From Mobula hypostoma (lineage: Eukaryota): 64,000 nt of DNA. A program made the position numbers and the translations under genes. The notes below the pieces were generated by a model. That model did no database searches. It saw only the letters and a program-made list of their open reading frames with translations, and was not told the DNA's origin. The stretch is from positions 120,776,001 to 120,840,000 of the forward strand of contig NC_086105.1 of the NCBI RefSeq assembly GCF_963921235.1, written 5' to 3'. The stretch's first letter is position 1. Each line of letters begins with the position of its first letter. Shown here one piece after another: positions 49,537-62,969 of the stretch.

Positions 49537-50467
49537 AATAGACAATAGGTGCAGGAGTAGGCCATTTGGCCCTTCGAGCCAGCACCGTCATTCACTGTGA
49601 TCATGGCTGATCATCCACAACCAGTACCCTGTTCCTGCCTTATCCCCATAACCTTTGATTCCACTATCTTTAAGAGCTCTATCTAACTCTTTCTTGAAAG
49701 AATTCAGAGAATTGGCCTCCATTATCTTCTTAGGCAGAGCATTCCACAGACCCACAACCCCTGTGTGAAAAAGTTTTTCCTCAACTCCGTTCTAAATGGT
49801 CTTCCCCTTATTCTTAAACTGTGGCCTTTGGTTCTGGACTCCCCCAACATCGGGAACATGTTTCCTGCCTCCAGCGTGTCCAATCCCTTAATAATCTTAC
49901 ATGTTTCAATCAGATCCCCTCCCATCCTTCTAAATTCCAGTGTGTACAAGCCCAGTCGCTCCAATCTTTCAACATATGACATTCCCGCCATCCCTGGAAT
50001 TAACGTAGTGAATCTACTTTGCACTCCCTCCATAGCAAGAATGTCCTTCCTCAAATTTGGAGATCAATACTGCACACAATACTCCAGGTGGGGTCTCACC
50101 AGGGCCTTGTACAACTGCAGAAGGACCTCTTTGCTCCTATACTCAACTCCCCTTGTTATGAAGGCCAACATGCCATTAGCTTTCTTCACTGCCTGCTGTA
50201 CCTGTATGCTTACTTTCAGTGACTGATGAACAAGGACACCCAGATCTCGTTGTACTTCCCCTTTTCCTAACTTGACTCCATTTAGATAATAATCTGCCTT
50301 CCTGTTCTTGCCACCAAAGTAGATAACCTCACATTTATCCACATTAAACTGCATCTGCCATGCATCTGCCCACTCACCCAACCTGTCCAAGTCACCCTGT
50401 ATTCTCATAACATCCTCCTCACATTTCACACTGTCACCCAGCTTTGTGTCATCTGCAAAGTTGCTAG
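49537..50467 (-). mobile_element. Young CR1 nested in the BEL integrase
   Basis: FADDTKLG..WQMQFNVDKC..RPHLEYC; (ctattgt)n tail; splits CRKLRG from DLPSDRL. Confidence 0.95.
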
Positions 50468-50830
50468 ACTTAACATGTCCCCCGAAGCTTACGGCAGGTG
50501 ATGCACTTGAAGATGAAACTGCTTACACACCTACAGCACCCACAATCCAGTAACCAGCTGCGCGGACAGAATGGCATCCTTGATGTTTTAACTTCACATG
50601 GTAATGTTGCACAAGGAATAATGTAACATGATGCCATTTGGGAATGATTAGGGGCCTCTTCTCTTCATGTCCCAATTGTGATTCCTGTACAATATATGTC
50701 CACCGACTCTTAATAGGCTGTCCTCACCAATAAATGGATATAGCATCCTCAGAGGACTGTCCTTTGGGATATCTCTTTGGGTACTGATGTATTCCATTTC
50801 TTCAGCATAAGTTTCCTGCTGGACAGATCA

Positions 50831-50998
50831 AATGATGACGTTTTTGCTCTGACTGAGATCCTCCACTGTGTATGGTGTCTCACAATGATGACGTTTTTGC
50901 TCTGACTGAGATCCTCCACTGTGTATGGTGTCTCACAATGATGACGTTTTTGCTCTGACTGAGATCGTCCACTGTGTATGGTGTCTCACAATGATGAC
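50831..50998. repeat. 3 x 53-bp tandem triplication inside BEL pol
   Basis: AATGATGAC at 50831, 50884, 50937 and 50990. Confidence 0.95.
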
Positions 50999-53662
50999 AT
51001 CCCTTGCAGCTCCCTGTAGAGTCTTCTGAGGTCTTCTTGAAAAAGCATGCAATATGTCTGAGATGAGATATGGCACGAGTAAGAGCCGTCCAGGTAGAAA
51101 AGTACTCAAAGTGCTGAGATCCAAGTCGGCTGTCTTGGGTGGTAGAGGTGAGCACTGTTACTTGCGTGTGAATTTCTTTATCTTGTTCTGGGTCCACTAG
51201 TTCAAAGACAGAATGGTGGCCATTTTCCAGAGTGTTTGTATAGTAGGTGCTCACAGTGGCCGACTTGTGGACATTCCCTAGACAGACGTTGCCAACAATT
51301 ACCCATCCCAAGTCCAGATTTTGAGCGCAGGGGGAGTCATGTGGCCGACTTATCTGTTTCCGTACTTTATGGATCCTTATGATGTCTTTTCCAAGAAGGA
51401 TCATGATGGGAGCCTGAGGGTCGAGCTCTGGGATCTTTTGCACCAGAGGTTTCAGATGAGCATGGTACAGTGCTGCTTCCGGTGTGGGGATTTCAGAGCA
51501 ATTATTCGGAATTGCGTTACACTCAATCAGTGTTGGTAGAGCGAGAATAACCTGCCCATCCATGGATTCCACCTGAAAGCCATGCGCTCTTCTGCCTGCT
51601 GTCTCAACCACACCAGCACATGTCTTGAGGAAGTAAAGAGAATTGTGGCCTTTGATGTTAAAAAGGTCAAAGAACTCAGACTTTACCAATGAGTGATTAC
51701 TCTGATCGTCCAGTATTGCATATAACCGGATTGCCTTTTCCTGCTGGCCAGCTGGGTAGACTTTCACGAGACAAATCTTTGAGCACGATTTTCCAGTGAG
51801 GTCCCCCCCCCCCCACAGACCTGTGTACAGCTTGAGGAAACAGTAGCTTCTTCAGTATTGTTCCCTTCCTCCCCGCCATACGCACATGCAGGGGTTTGAG
51901 CCTTTGAGGACCAAGGAGCTAGTCTAGGGTACAAGGCTGAGCTGTGACTCCCGCTTCCACATTCAGCACACTTTATGCTGCTGTCACAATTTTTGGCTCG
52001 ATGTGCTGATGATGCACAGCATTTGTAGCAGATGCCATGCTGCTTTAAAAAGGCTTTCCTATTCTCGATGGACTTCTCCCTAAATCCACAGCATTTTTGG
52101 AGGGGGTGCAGTTTATTGTGTAAGGGACATTGCTTAGCAGGATCCACTTTACTCTTGCATGTCGTGTCAGCTGAAGAGAAGGTTCAAGGAGACACTTCAG
52201 TCTTGTGGACTGAGATTGGAGGCCTCTGACTGCTGTACTTAGGAGCTGACTTTCCCATCGCTGGAGGGTCAGTACTGCCTGGAATGAGAGAGAAGCTGGG
52301 ATCATTTCACACCTTGGCTTGCTGACAAACGAACTCCACAAAATAGGCAAACGGTGAAAAGGGAACATTATGCTCTTCCTTGAACTTAAAACTGTGCGAG
52401 AGCCATCTCTCCTGCAAATTATATGGCAGCTTCTGCACAATGGGATTGATACCACGGGCTGTGTCGAAGTAGGTGAGTCCCGGCAGGTCCCCATCAGATT
52501 TAGCAGCTTCAAGCTCCCTTAACAAGTCACCTAGCTCTCTTAACTTCCTGTGCTCCTTGTTAGAGATCTTAGGGAAGCTTTCCACTCACCTGAACAGCGC
52601 ATTCTCAATTACCTCTGGTGACCCATAACACTCGTCAAGTCTGCTCCAAGCCATTCTGAGCCCTCTCTGTGGGTGATGGACATGCATAGCTCTTATCCTT
52701 CTCACATGTTCAGCTGACTCGGTAGCTAGCCACTTCACCAAGAGGTCCATCTCTTCACTATCTGTAAGGTTTAGACCTCGTATGGCATTCAGGAATGATG
52801 CTTTCTAAGCCCTGTAACTCTCAGGATGGTCACTAAACTGCAGAAGCCCTGAGGACACAAGTTCATGTCTTGCAAAAAACCTGCCAAAGTCGGACATGCT
52901 CTCACTATCAGCAGGATTAGCCTGTTGGGCTCCTGCATACTGGTGTGCTTGAGGACGATCTCTGTCATTGGATACCTCTGTGTAACTCATGCGATCCATG
53001 GCTCCCCTTGAACTCCGCACTATCTGGGGCTTTCTACCCGAAGGGTGTGACATGTGAGCGTCAGTGTGCCTTAATTGACTTCCAACCAATGAAATACGCT
53101 CCTGAGGATGATGGTCATGACTGGGCTTATCATCCTGAATGTGACACTGCACAGTAGCTTTGGGTGGACGCTGTACAACAGTGGCTGGTTGACTAACACT
53201 GTTAGTAGAGTCTCCTTCCAATGTAGGTATTGACTGATAGGTAGCATGCTTTGCCTGCTCTTCCACATGTTCTTTTGTGCGCTCCGCTGGATCGTGGGTT
53301 TGAAGATCAATTTTAGAGCTGAGGTCCTCATTTTGCTCTTCCATGGCTGCCTCTAATGCTTCAGCTACCGCAGCTGCAGCTCTTTTCTCCCGTTGAAGGG
53401 CAACAACAAGTGATAACTCTAAGTGTGCTTGTTCCATTTTGATTTGGTGTTCCTTTTCTGCAAATGCGGCCTCTGCTTTAGCAGCTTGGGCTTCAGTTCA
53501 AGCTAAGGCTGCGGCTGCACTGATGGAGGAGACATATGATCGTTTGAATGAAGACGAACCTGAGGCATGAGACCTTGTCTGTAGTGACCGAGATCCTGAA
53601 GATTTTTTGTCCAACATTTTGAAAAGAGAATTGCCTTCGTATTCCAGAAAGCGTCGTTTCAC

Positions 53663-54337
53663 TGTCCTGTCCTCGTCACACACCTTGCATGAATTGACAG
53701 GCAGATGAACTCCATCCCCAATTACCACACTGACAAAAACGTTCCAAGTTGACTTTCTTTAACGTGGCAACTGATGGTAGGGTAAAACTGACAGAAAGAA
53801 AAACGTACAATCAGAAGGTGTCCAAATTCCCATTATTGTTAAGTACAAAGCAAGCATTAAGTATACGACAAATGATACAAAATAATACCCAAGATACTGT
53901 ATACAAATAAGTTCCAAATATATCATAAAGATAGACTACTGGTAAGCAAGATGTTGCTACATACAATGTATCTTATGCACATTTTCTCACTACAGGTTAG
54001 CCAGAACATGTGGCCCACATGAATATTCCATCTGTATTTCATCTGCACACAAACCATTCAAATATCTGATTTGTGGAAATATGCATATACATCAATAAAT
54101 AATAAACCCAAAGATTACTTTTACATACGGACGATGCTTTCAAAGACCTGAACGTCAGGATGATGTCGAATGAAAAGGCACAGGCTCTCCCTCAACTCTA
54201 CATGGAGAACTGTCTCGATGCCTACTGATGATGCAATCAACCAGAAACACAGATCACATGACCTAAATGACTGCTATACGAAACTACCAGCAAAGGGTGC
54301 TAAATGACAAATAAAATAACTGACTTAAGGCAGCACA
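53663..54337 (-). repeat. 5' LTR of the BEL element (inner boundary tentative)
   Basis: Starts TGTGCTG at 54337 and matches the 3' LTR remnant; tentative ...GGACA end about 45 nt before the gag ATG. Confidence 0.6.
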
Positions 54338-54759
54338 GATAGGTTTGTATTATTATCACTAGATTTCAAAACCTCCACTCCGCCGTTTATCCAGTCCTAG
54401 CCAAAGCTCTGTTATTATTCCTGCTAGGACACTAGTGTGCCCAGTAACAATTTTTCTTGGCCATCATGTGAAGCAGTGTAATGACAATAACAGAGGGACT
54501 GAGAGGAAGTCTGGATATTTACCAATGGTATTTGTACAATTCCTTTCACAAATGTATTTTCAATTCAGTTCAATGTCTAGTTAAGTATTTCATTGGAAAT
54601 ATTTCCCTCCACAGTTGGCTTTTGTCCACGACACACAACAAAACCCAATTTTAACCAAGATGAGAAACATTCCATCCTGCGCTTGATTGCGGGTTTGTTA
54701 CTGTGAGTTGTTATTTTTGTGCCCACCATGAAAATGCTTCCTCAACTTTTATCTGAGGA

Positions 54760-55160
54760 CTGGCCAGTGGTGCAGAATGTGATGCTACTGTCAGCTCCAG
54801 CGAACCTTTTCAAGCTGGCCCAGTGCCTAAAGTGATGTCCAAACACTGGGTTCAGTCATCTAGTTATGCTCCAGGGCCTGGACCCCACCACCTCAATTTG
54901 GCTATAACCGACCAGTCCAGGATGAAGTTTTCATTTCATCCTTGGATCACATGGGTTTTCCTCAGATGTTCAAATTCAACCCCCCCCCCCCCCCCCCGCA
55001 TAGCCCTGTTGGTAAATTATCTCATGTAGATATGTTGCAAGGGAATTGGTGGGAGTTAATGGGAACAGAGTACATGAGACAATAAGTTACAGGGAAATAA
55101 AGGAATAACATTGCTCTGCGACCTGGCTTAGATTCACTGGGGCAAATGGCCTCCCTCTCT
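54760..55160 (+). mobile_element. tRNA/V-SINE-like element with poly(C) run
   Basis: ggccagtggtgcagaa A-box, ctgggttcagtc, catgggttttcctc; CR1-like 3' end gggcaaatggcctcc. Confidence 0.55.
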
Positions 55161-56274
55161 ATCACAAACAAGTATACATTTGAAAATGCTCCAATTCATT
55201 TCTTTGCTAGCTGTTCTATTAATTTTTCGACCTCTAGCCCATATTGTCTGAAATGGAGAAAGCACATCTGGAATGGAATTGAGAACTCCAGACACCTGAA
55301 GCACACAGAAGCTCTGCATGGTGCAAAGAGTGCACCCACTCACCTGCCACCTGCTGAGTCATCTATGGAACAGTGTCCTGTTCACAAAGTTGTCTTGTAA
55401 TGAGCTCCTTGGGCTTGTGCAGAAAGCTAGAGACCATTGGGCTCCGAGGTTTTTGGAGCACCTGAGTTGGTTAATTGTTGCCCAATGAGGGTTATAATTG
55501 TTTAGAATTCCTTGTTTTTTTTTCTTGAGCAACTTGCTCTTTGCAATGGGTTCTCCTGGTGCTTTCTGTTTAACTTGTTAAATTTATTTTGATAGGCTCA
55601 GGGATTCCATATTACTTGTATTACTTAAGCTGACACCCAACAGGGGCTAATCGCAGGGTCCTTGTTTTGAGAATGCCACGTCTTACTTTGTCACTCGGCT
55701 GAGCAACCAATATTCCGTTGGGATCCGTATGAATGAACTCTGGTTGCCGTCTCTACATTGGAATCTGCCTTTCCTGCACACTTGGGTTCCAACATTGCAG
55801 TGCACATCATGACAAGTGTCATCAGACAGCTCAAACCAGAATGGAAACAATTCATCCCGTATATCCAGAACTGCTGAAGAAGAGGATATGGCTCTAGTCT
55901 GTTTATCCTACACTCTTTTCTTCTTTGTGATCCTTTATAGATGTTGACTTAGCTGTGTGTTCCCTTTATTTTGTTTTATCTTTACAATGTGCAGGCTCCC
56001 TTTGGTACACCTGGAAAACTGCTCAAGTAGAGCACAAAGTTACCTTGAGTGGCCCGCAGTGCATTCCTTGAAGAACAACACATTTCGTTAACATTGCCAA
56101 GTTACAATAACACTTGGAAACTATGTCAATGCATTTAGACAGAACAGTGAGTCAAGTCTGGACACCTCCTCCTCCTAAGTGACTTTCTTAATTTCCGCTT
56201 ACCCTGTAACCGAAGCCGGAGTGAGGGGCGCTGCTGGAATGAAAACGTAATTCATTTCAAAGATAGACATGCCT

Positions 56275-56282
56275 TATATAAA
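56275..56282 (+). promoter_or_regulatory. PTX4: TATA box of PTX4
   Basis: TATATAAA about 90 nt upstream of the ATG. Confidence 0.7.
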
Positions 56283-56369
56283 GCAAGATTGCTTGCCATA
56301 GCGAGCCATCTCCCGGGTTTGTTATCGGTCTGCACTGACGGGGGTGACAGAGGAATCCTAATGTTAAAC

Positions 56370-56507
56370 ATGGGTTTCAGCAAAAAGCTTATTTGGATTT
56401 TCCTGATGTGGATCTGTTGTAACCTACGTATGACATGCTCACAATACACTGAGGGTGTAAAACAGAGGAAACCGTTTTTCGAACGCTTTCGGCGTCTGGA
56501 AGAGCAG
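56370..56507 (+). CDS. PTX4: Pentraxin-4 exon 1 (signal peptide)
   Basis: MGFSKKLIWIFLMWICCNLRMTCSQYTEGVKQRKPFFERFRRLEEQ; PTX4-type RKPFFERxRRLEEQ; donor gtaggt; alternative in-frame ATG at 56361. Confidence 0.9.
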
Positions 56508-56832
56508 GTAGGTCCCAACAGACTTCGGAGCTGAGTAACTTTGTTTTGGAGAGTATGTTCCTCTAAGTGGGGCCAGAGCAATTGGTCGGTCGGGTCGCTG
56601 TACACAGCAGGGTGAGAAGCGCGGTCATTCCGATTATCCCCGGTAGATATTTAGAATTTAAACGCGAATTGGAACAATTTTCTATGATCGAATGTCCTGA
56701 AACGAATTTACAGTGTTAAACTGGGAGCTTCTGGGGTCTCTGCCAGGGTAGTCCAAGCGAATATATCCCATAAACTTCATCTGCTGCTATTTCTTGTTGT
56801 AATGCGTATTCTCCCCCACATTATTCCCACAG

Positions 56833-57415
56833 TTCCGCCGATTTCAAGAAATTAGCTTGACACGTTTGCAAATAATTTCTGAGAACTTCAATGCGTCTTC
56901 TAACCTGGACGTTCGCCTTCAATTGCTGACAGAGCAATACAATAATATCTCGGCAATGATGCAGGGCTTCCAAACGGTTACAGAAAACGACATCAGGAGC
57001 TTGAAATCATGGATCAAAAAACTACAAAAGGAAACCAGGAAGATTGACCTGAAAATGTCAACCTTGGAGAAAGTCCTCAATGAGCGAAGCAAGCAAATCT
57101 TAAAAGACAAGAAAGTACAGAGCGAGATCACGTCTAACCTGACAGCCGAAGTAAAACATCAGAGGAATGAAATCAATTCTTTGGCTGCGGGCAAGAAGAA
57201 ACTGCAAAAGGAAATAGAGAGCATTCAAGAAGTTGTTAAGGGGCAACATATTAAGATAGCAAGGTTTCAGGAACAGATGAAGAGTGCTTTGCAGAATGAC
57301 GCGCTCTTGGCCAAACCCAGTTCCGTCGACTTGTCAGAGCCGCGAGTCCACCATGCCAAGTCCTTTAACCAGTCGCCCAGGGGCAAGCAGCGAATGCCCA
57401 GAAAAGAAGGGTCAA
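56833..57415 (+). CDS. PTX4: PTX4 exon 2 (coiled-coil N-terminal domain)
   Basis: Acceptor cccacag|TTC, FRRFQEISLTRLQIISENFN...; phase-1 donor TCA A|gtatgt gives ICNV with exon 3. Confidence 0.88.
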
Positions 57416-58849
57416 GTATGTCAAAATTCTCGCAGCAATCTAGCGCAGGTTCTATGTTTATACGGCTATTTAAAGATTTAATACGAAACAACCAAGCATC
57501 ATTCTTCCCAAATTATAATAATTTCAGATTCCCCTTTGTTTATGTAAATCATCACGGAATTTCCCTTAACATGTAATTGAATGATTGTCCGCTGCAATAA
57601 TTTAACCCAACCTCCCTCCAGTTCCAAAGCAAAGTAAAAAAACAAAACCAAGTTAATCATTCGACTGCAACTCTTATCCCGTTAAAGCGAATGGGATTTG
57701 ACTTCTGCATTGAGATGTGATAGATAGCTAATACTTAAATCAGAATTTTTAAAAAATCGAAAATAACACATCAATAACATTACTGTATGTTTTATAAAAA
57801 CAATTTGATTTAATCAAGGCAGCGGTTGAGGAGATACTTTCTTTGTGGATATTACATTCTGTATTCTATTTATACAGCACTGGAACGATTTAGATGTTTC
57901 ACTATAATTAATACAGTATACGGCGCGGACACCCTCGCCTACACCACCTAACCTCAGAATAGTAGTGTGTTCAAGAATCCAAGCAGGCAGAATGATGAAA
58001 GGTCAGAAATAACTCAGAGTACAGTTGCTGCTAAGTTACTTACATGAAGTGTAACATTCTGTAAATGCAACGGAATACAAATGTAATTAAACACGGTTTC
58101 CTCTCACAGTCCAAAGACATACAGGTTGGTAGGTTAATTGGTCATTGTAAAGTGTCCTGTGATGGCGCGGAAGGACCTGTTCCGCTCTGTATCTCTAAAT
58201 AAGTAAATAAATAAAATTATTTTTGATCGGTGGATAATGAGAAGATGAGGTTTACGTGGTTCGTAGTGAAAAATCAAAAACTTATTTAGTAAAATGCATA
58301 AACACTTTCACCAGTCCAGCGTTTATACCCAGGAAAGAAATGTGTGGATCTTCGTGTACAGGCGATTCAAATTGTATGTTCAGCATCCTCAGGTGAGGAA
58401 ACGAAATGATGATTGGATAGTCAAGTATGTGACTTGTCATTCGGAATTAGTGTTGATCACTTTGACGTCACACGCAAGTAGGCTGTACATTGTAGAGTTT
58501 GTTTTCTGTATACAGGGAAAATGCAGAATTATTTCAAGGGGTAAAAACAAATATAGTTATAAAGAGTAATTCTGGAAATTTGAGGGCTGAGTTATGAGGA
58601 AAAGTTGTTTGCACTGGGAAATTACTCCACAGAAAAGGATAGAACGAAATTACATTTGCTAGTGATCAATAAGATTTTGTCAGCTTTAGGGAAATTGATA
58701 TCGAGGTAACTCTTTTACATGGCATCTCATTTTAAGAAGGTAAGATTTACGGTGCTGCATACATCTGCATGAATTGAGTCAAGAGGCGTTTCATCAATGG
58801 AAGGTATTTGTTGCTCAGAAGCCGCCTTTTCCTGGATCTGATTTTCAAG

Positions 58850-60080
58850 AAGAAGAAATAATCTAGTCCCTTGAGTCTATTCCACCTTCCATCAAGGTCA
58901 TGGCTAATCTGTCTGTTATTTTCCTGTACTATTCTCAAATCTCTTATTATCTTTTATGAATGAACTCATTGACTGAGCCTCCACAGCCTTCTTGGGTAGA
59001 GAATTCTGAAGATCACCTACTTCAAAACGGAGAAATTTCTTCTCAACTCAATCCTAAACAGCCTTCCTGTCAGGATGCTGGGGCAGGGATCCAATCGCAG
59101 ACGCAGTACTGTGCACACAGTGATATTAATTGAGTAACAAATCCCGAGGTGTCAAAGTTCAAGCAGAGATCAAAACATCCAAAAAAAAATCGAAAAACCA
59201 GAATTGGGAATCAGGCAGAGTCAATATTCGGACAGACAGACAGAGTACAGATATAAATGCTGGAAAGGCTCAGGAAAATTCACTGGCACAATCTGGCAAC
59301 AAACAGGTGAAAACACAGGACTGAAATACACTGAGCAATAAACAGAGGGGCAGATGATAGGTGAAGCACAAGGAGACACAGGTGGCAGCAATACAGGTAA
59401 TAATGAGAAGCAGATGAGAGACGGAGTATTCAGTAATACAGGGGCTGGAGTAGAGCAGGAGAGGGGACAGGAGCACATGGCAATACAAAACCACAGACTG
59501 ACAGCTAGGGGGAAGCACACAAAAAGAGTTCAATTGGAAGTACTGACACTTCCTTTATTCTTAGTCTCTGAGCCTTGGTTGTAGACATTGCTGCCAGAGG
59601 AAGGACCTTCACTACATCCAGCTTGTGAAGCCTTGTTAGAATTTTGGAACTTCAGTGAGAGTTTTTGTTCTTCTAAACTCCAGAGAATAGAGTGCTATTC
59701 CACTCAACTCTCTGCGTGCAACAAACTTTTTCATCTCTTGAACCAGGTGTTCAGGAATTGAGTGACGAGCCAATGAGATGGCATCTGCTGTGGAGCTGTT
59801 TCTCCAGTAGGCAAATTGGAGCAGATCCAAGACATCTCTCAATCAGGAGCTGATATGTTTCATCACCAACCTCTCAAATCACTGCAGTCCTTCCCTAGCA
59901 AGTACATCCTTTCTCATGAAAGTAGATAAAAAACACACACAATTCTCCAAGTGTGGCCTCATGAAGGTGAAATACAATTACAGTAAGCTTTCTTTGCACT
60001 GCATTCAAATCCTCTCATCATGAAGGGCTGTATACCATTTGCCTTTCTAATTCTTACTGGACCTGTGAGTTGATTCTCAG
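58850..60080 (-). mobile_element. Old CR1 fragments interrupted by a solo LTR and a Rex fragment (59740-59885)
   Basis: LYSLEFRR and ctccaagtgtggcctc motifs in pieces. Confidence 0.6.
59068..59548. mobile_element. Solo LTR (Gypsy-like), 481 bp
   Basis: TGTCAG...CTGACA inverted termini; 5-bp TSD CTTCC at 59063-67 and 59549-53. Confidence 0.88.
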
Positions 60081-60084
60081 TGAC

Positions 60085-61285
60085 TTGTGACCTGGCCCCA
60101 CTGCAATTTTCCTATCGCCACAATAGGTCTATAGTTCATGTGATTTCATTGGCTCTTCATGTGGCTTTGGACCACCTGGACATTGCTAATATTTATGTCA
60201 GGCTGCTGTTCATTGACTACAGCTCAGCATTTAACACAAACATTCCTACAGTTCTGATCAAAAAATTCCAAAACCTGGGCCTCTGTACTTCACTCCACAA
60301 CTGGATCCTCAACTTCTTCAATGGAAAACCCGCAGTCTGTGTGGATCAGAAATGACATTTCCACCTCGCTGATAATCAACACTGATGCACCTCAAGGATA
60401 TGTGCTTAACCCACTGTTCTACTCTCACTACCCTCATGATTGTGTGGCTAGGCACAGCTCAAATGCCATCTATAAATTTGCTAATGACACAACTATTGTT
60501 GGCAGAAATTCAGATGGTGATGATAAGGTGTACAAGAGCAAGGTAGATCAGTTGGTTGAGTGGTGTTGCAGCATCATCTTTGAACTCAATGTCAGTAAGT
60601 CCAAAGAATTAGTTGTGGACTTCAGAAATGTTAAGGTGAGGGCACACACACCAGTCTTCATTGAGGGATCAGTAGTGGAAAGGGTAAGCAATTTCAAGTT
60701 CCTGTGTGTCAGCATCTCTGAGGATCTGCTTGGGCACAACATATTGATGCCGTTGCAAAGAAGACATGACAGTGGCTATATTTCATTAGGAGTTTGAGGA
60801 GATCTGGTATGTCACAGAAGACACTCACAAATTTCTACAGATGTACTGTGGAGAGCTTTCTATATGGCTACATCTCTGACTGGCATGGGGGGAGGCACTG
60901 CACAGGATCAAAATAAGCTGTAGAAAGTTGTGAAACTCAGTCAGCCCCATCATGGGCTCTTGCCTTCACAGCATCCAGGACATTTTCAAGGAGCGATGCC
61001 TCAAAAAGGCAGTCTTCATTATTAAGGACCCCCCCCCCCATCACCCAGGACATGCCCCCTTCTCATTGCTACCATCAGAGAGGAAGTACAGGAGCCTAAA
61101 GACACATACTCAATGATTCAGGAACAGCTTCTTCCTCTCTGCCATCAGATTTCTGAATGGAAATTGAACCCATGACCACCACCTCACTATTTTTTTCCCT
61201 TTTTGCACTATTCATGTAATATAACCGTATATATAACTAATTTCATGACACATGCCAGTGATATTAAACCTGCTTCTGATTCTGA
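60085..61285 (+). mobile_element. Rex1/Babar LINE RT and 3' end
   Basis: YVRLLFIDYSSAFNT, APQGYVLNPL, KFANDTTIVG; tail ctgattctga. Confidence 0.9.
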
Positions 61286-62969
61286 CGTGTGCAAGCACAC
61301 TTGGCCTTGCTTTGCACACCAACTATACAGCTATACGCATTCCCTCAGGCGCTTTATATGGGCATACACCAGAAGAACAGTGAAGGGCTATAAACCATTC
61401 TGTTTGTGGTACATACAAATTGACATGTGTGTTAATAAATCAGAACTGATACAGTCAATGACACTCAGCACCATGGAGAAATCCAAATATTGCAAAGATG
61501 CCTTTAACTTCACCTTTTGCTCTTGAAACAGAACTTTGGCAAGGTTTTGCAGTAGTAAAGATTAACTATGAGATATTAGCCAGGTCTAGAAGGGAAGACA
61601 TTTGAGAGAAGATTCAAAGTCTTGGCATTGATTAAGCAATCCATGCTTTCTTCTGAGGTCAAACTTGCACTTGACTATAGTAGTCATAGTCATACTTTAT
61701 TGATCCTGGGGGAATATTATATTGGAGATATTCCTGCTGAGGTGCATAAGTCTCAGAGTTTGTTTCTCCATGAATTTCATTTCGGAAAACTGTTCTTTGA
61801 ACATATTGGTTGAATTTGCCCCATTACTGAGGATTCCTATTTCCAGTAGCTTGTCCTACTCTGCATGCCCTCAGTTAATTTTCCAAGTAATGCTGCACTC
61901 CAATTGTGCAATATGATTGGGACAAAATAATCAGGTGCTTGAAAACAACACTTGAAATGAGAGCAACGACCTTCAGCACTTGACACACAATTATCTGTTG
62001 ATTTTTAAATACTTCCTCTAAGTAGCAGTTGTACATGCTCTCTTCTGTCGCTGAATATGTGTACAGATGTGCAAGGTTAAGACAGGTGTAAACCAGAATT
62101 TGGGCTTCAATTTAACAACTCTATCTCAACCAATAATACATTCTGATTGATATTATGTGCAGTGCTGTAATTATAATATTAAGCTCAACATGAGACAAAC
62201 ATTCAATCCTGTGCTAATATGAATTGCTCATGGGGAATTGGTTCAGTTATGATCACTGTAATATTGTTTGTCCTCTGAACTTATTTAGCATCAAGTTTAA
62301 GCATATAAGAGATAAATGAGAATATATATTATAAAATCTCTCTTGGAAGTAGAATTGTATATTATCCATAAGATCCACCATAATTTGCAAAGCTTTATTT
62401 GTAATTTCTAAGAATTTCAGTCAAACTGTTCAAATAATGGAAAGCCAAAATAAAACTTAAAATTGTCAATGGTCTACAAATGGGTTCAAATGGAATACAT
62501 TGTACAACAATCTCTGTTTCATAAGTCTTGAGGTGAAATAATCCATATTAGAACAATTCCTTCTATGAAAACTTTTCCTCTGATTTTTCCTGATAATCCA
62601 AGGGCTATGCAATTTCTGAAAGATCCACAAACAGATAAAAAAAAATCCTTCACAATTCAGCTTCTCAAAATCTTACAGTGTTGAAATTTCTATCAAACAC
62701 TCTTAAATTTGTTTATGGAATGCAACAAACTACCCCTTAAAATCAATGTATACACAAAAATGCATTACTACATGATGTAAATAGTTACAACTTAACATAT
62801 GTTAGAATCGTATGTAAGACTCTAACCATTCAAGCATGTTTGGTGCCAAAGTATCAAAAGTTAGTTTGTAAAATAGGGATCAAGTAGCAATTGCATAAAT
62901 ATTGAACAGATTGCCCTTTTGTTATTCATACTATGCATATTTATTATTTATTGTTTTCTTGTATTACAG

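Larger units (their letters stand above)
48374..54337 (-). mobile_element. BEL/Pao LTR retrotransposon, defective (gag, PR, IN present; RT/RH deleted)
   Basis: Gag from about 53617, Zn knuckles (CPLHNKLH, CYKCC..H, CAECGSGSH), protease YAILDDQS, integrase VGVDVFG..RSDRGT..HMGGALERMI, C-terminal SKDGRVRKVEV; LTR match 48374-48494 vs 54217-54337; PPT ccaggcagggag. Confidence 0.93.

Noticed and set aside
52805-53437. Domesticated gag gene
   Set aside because: Flanked by stops and frameshifts within a decaying BEL provirus
57416-57576. C-terminal extension of the 239-aa ORF as PTX4 coding sequence
   Set aside because: Read-through past the phase-1 GTATGT donor into AT-rich intron
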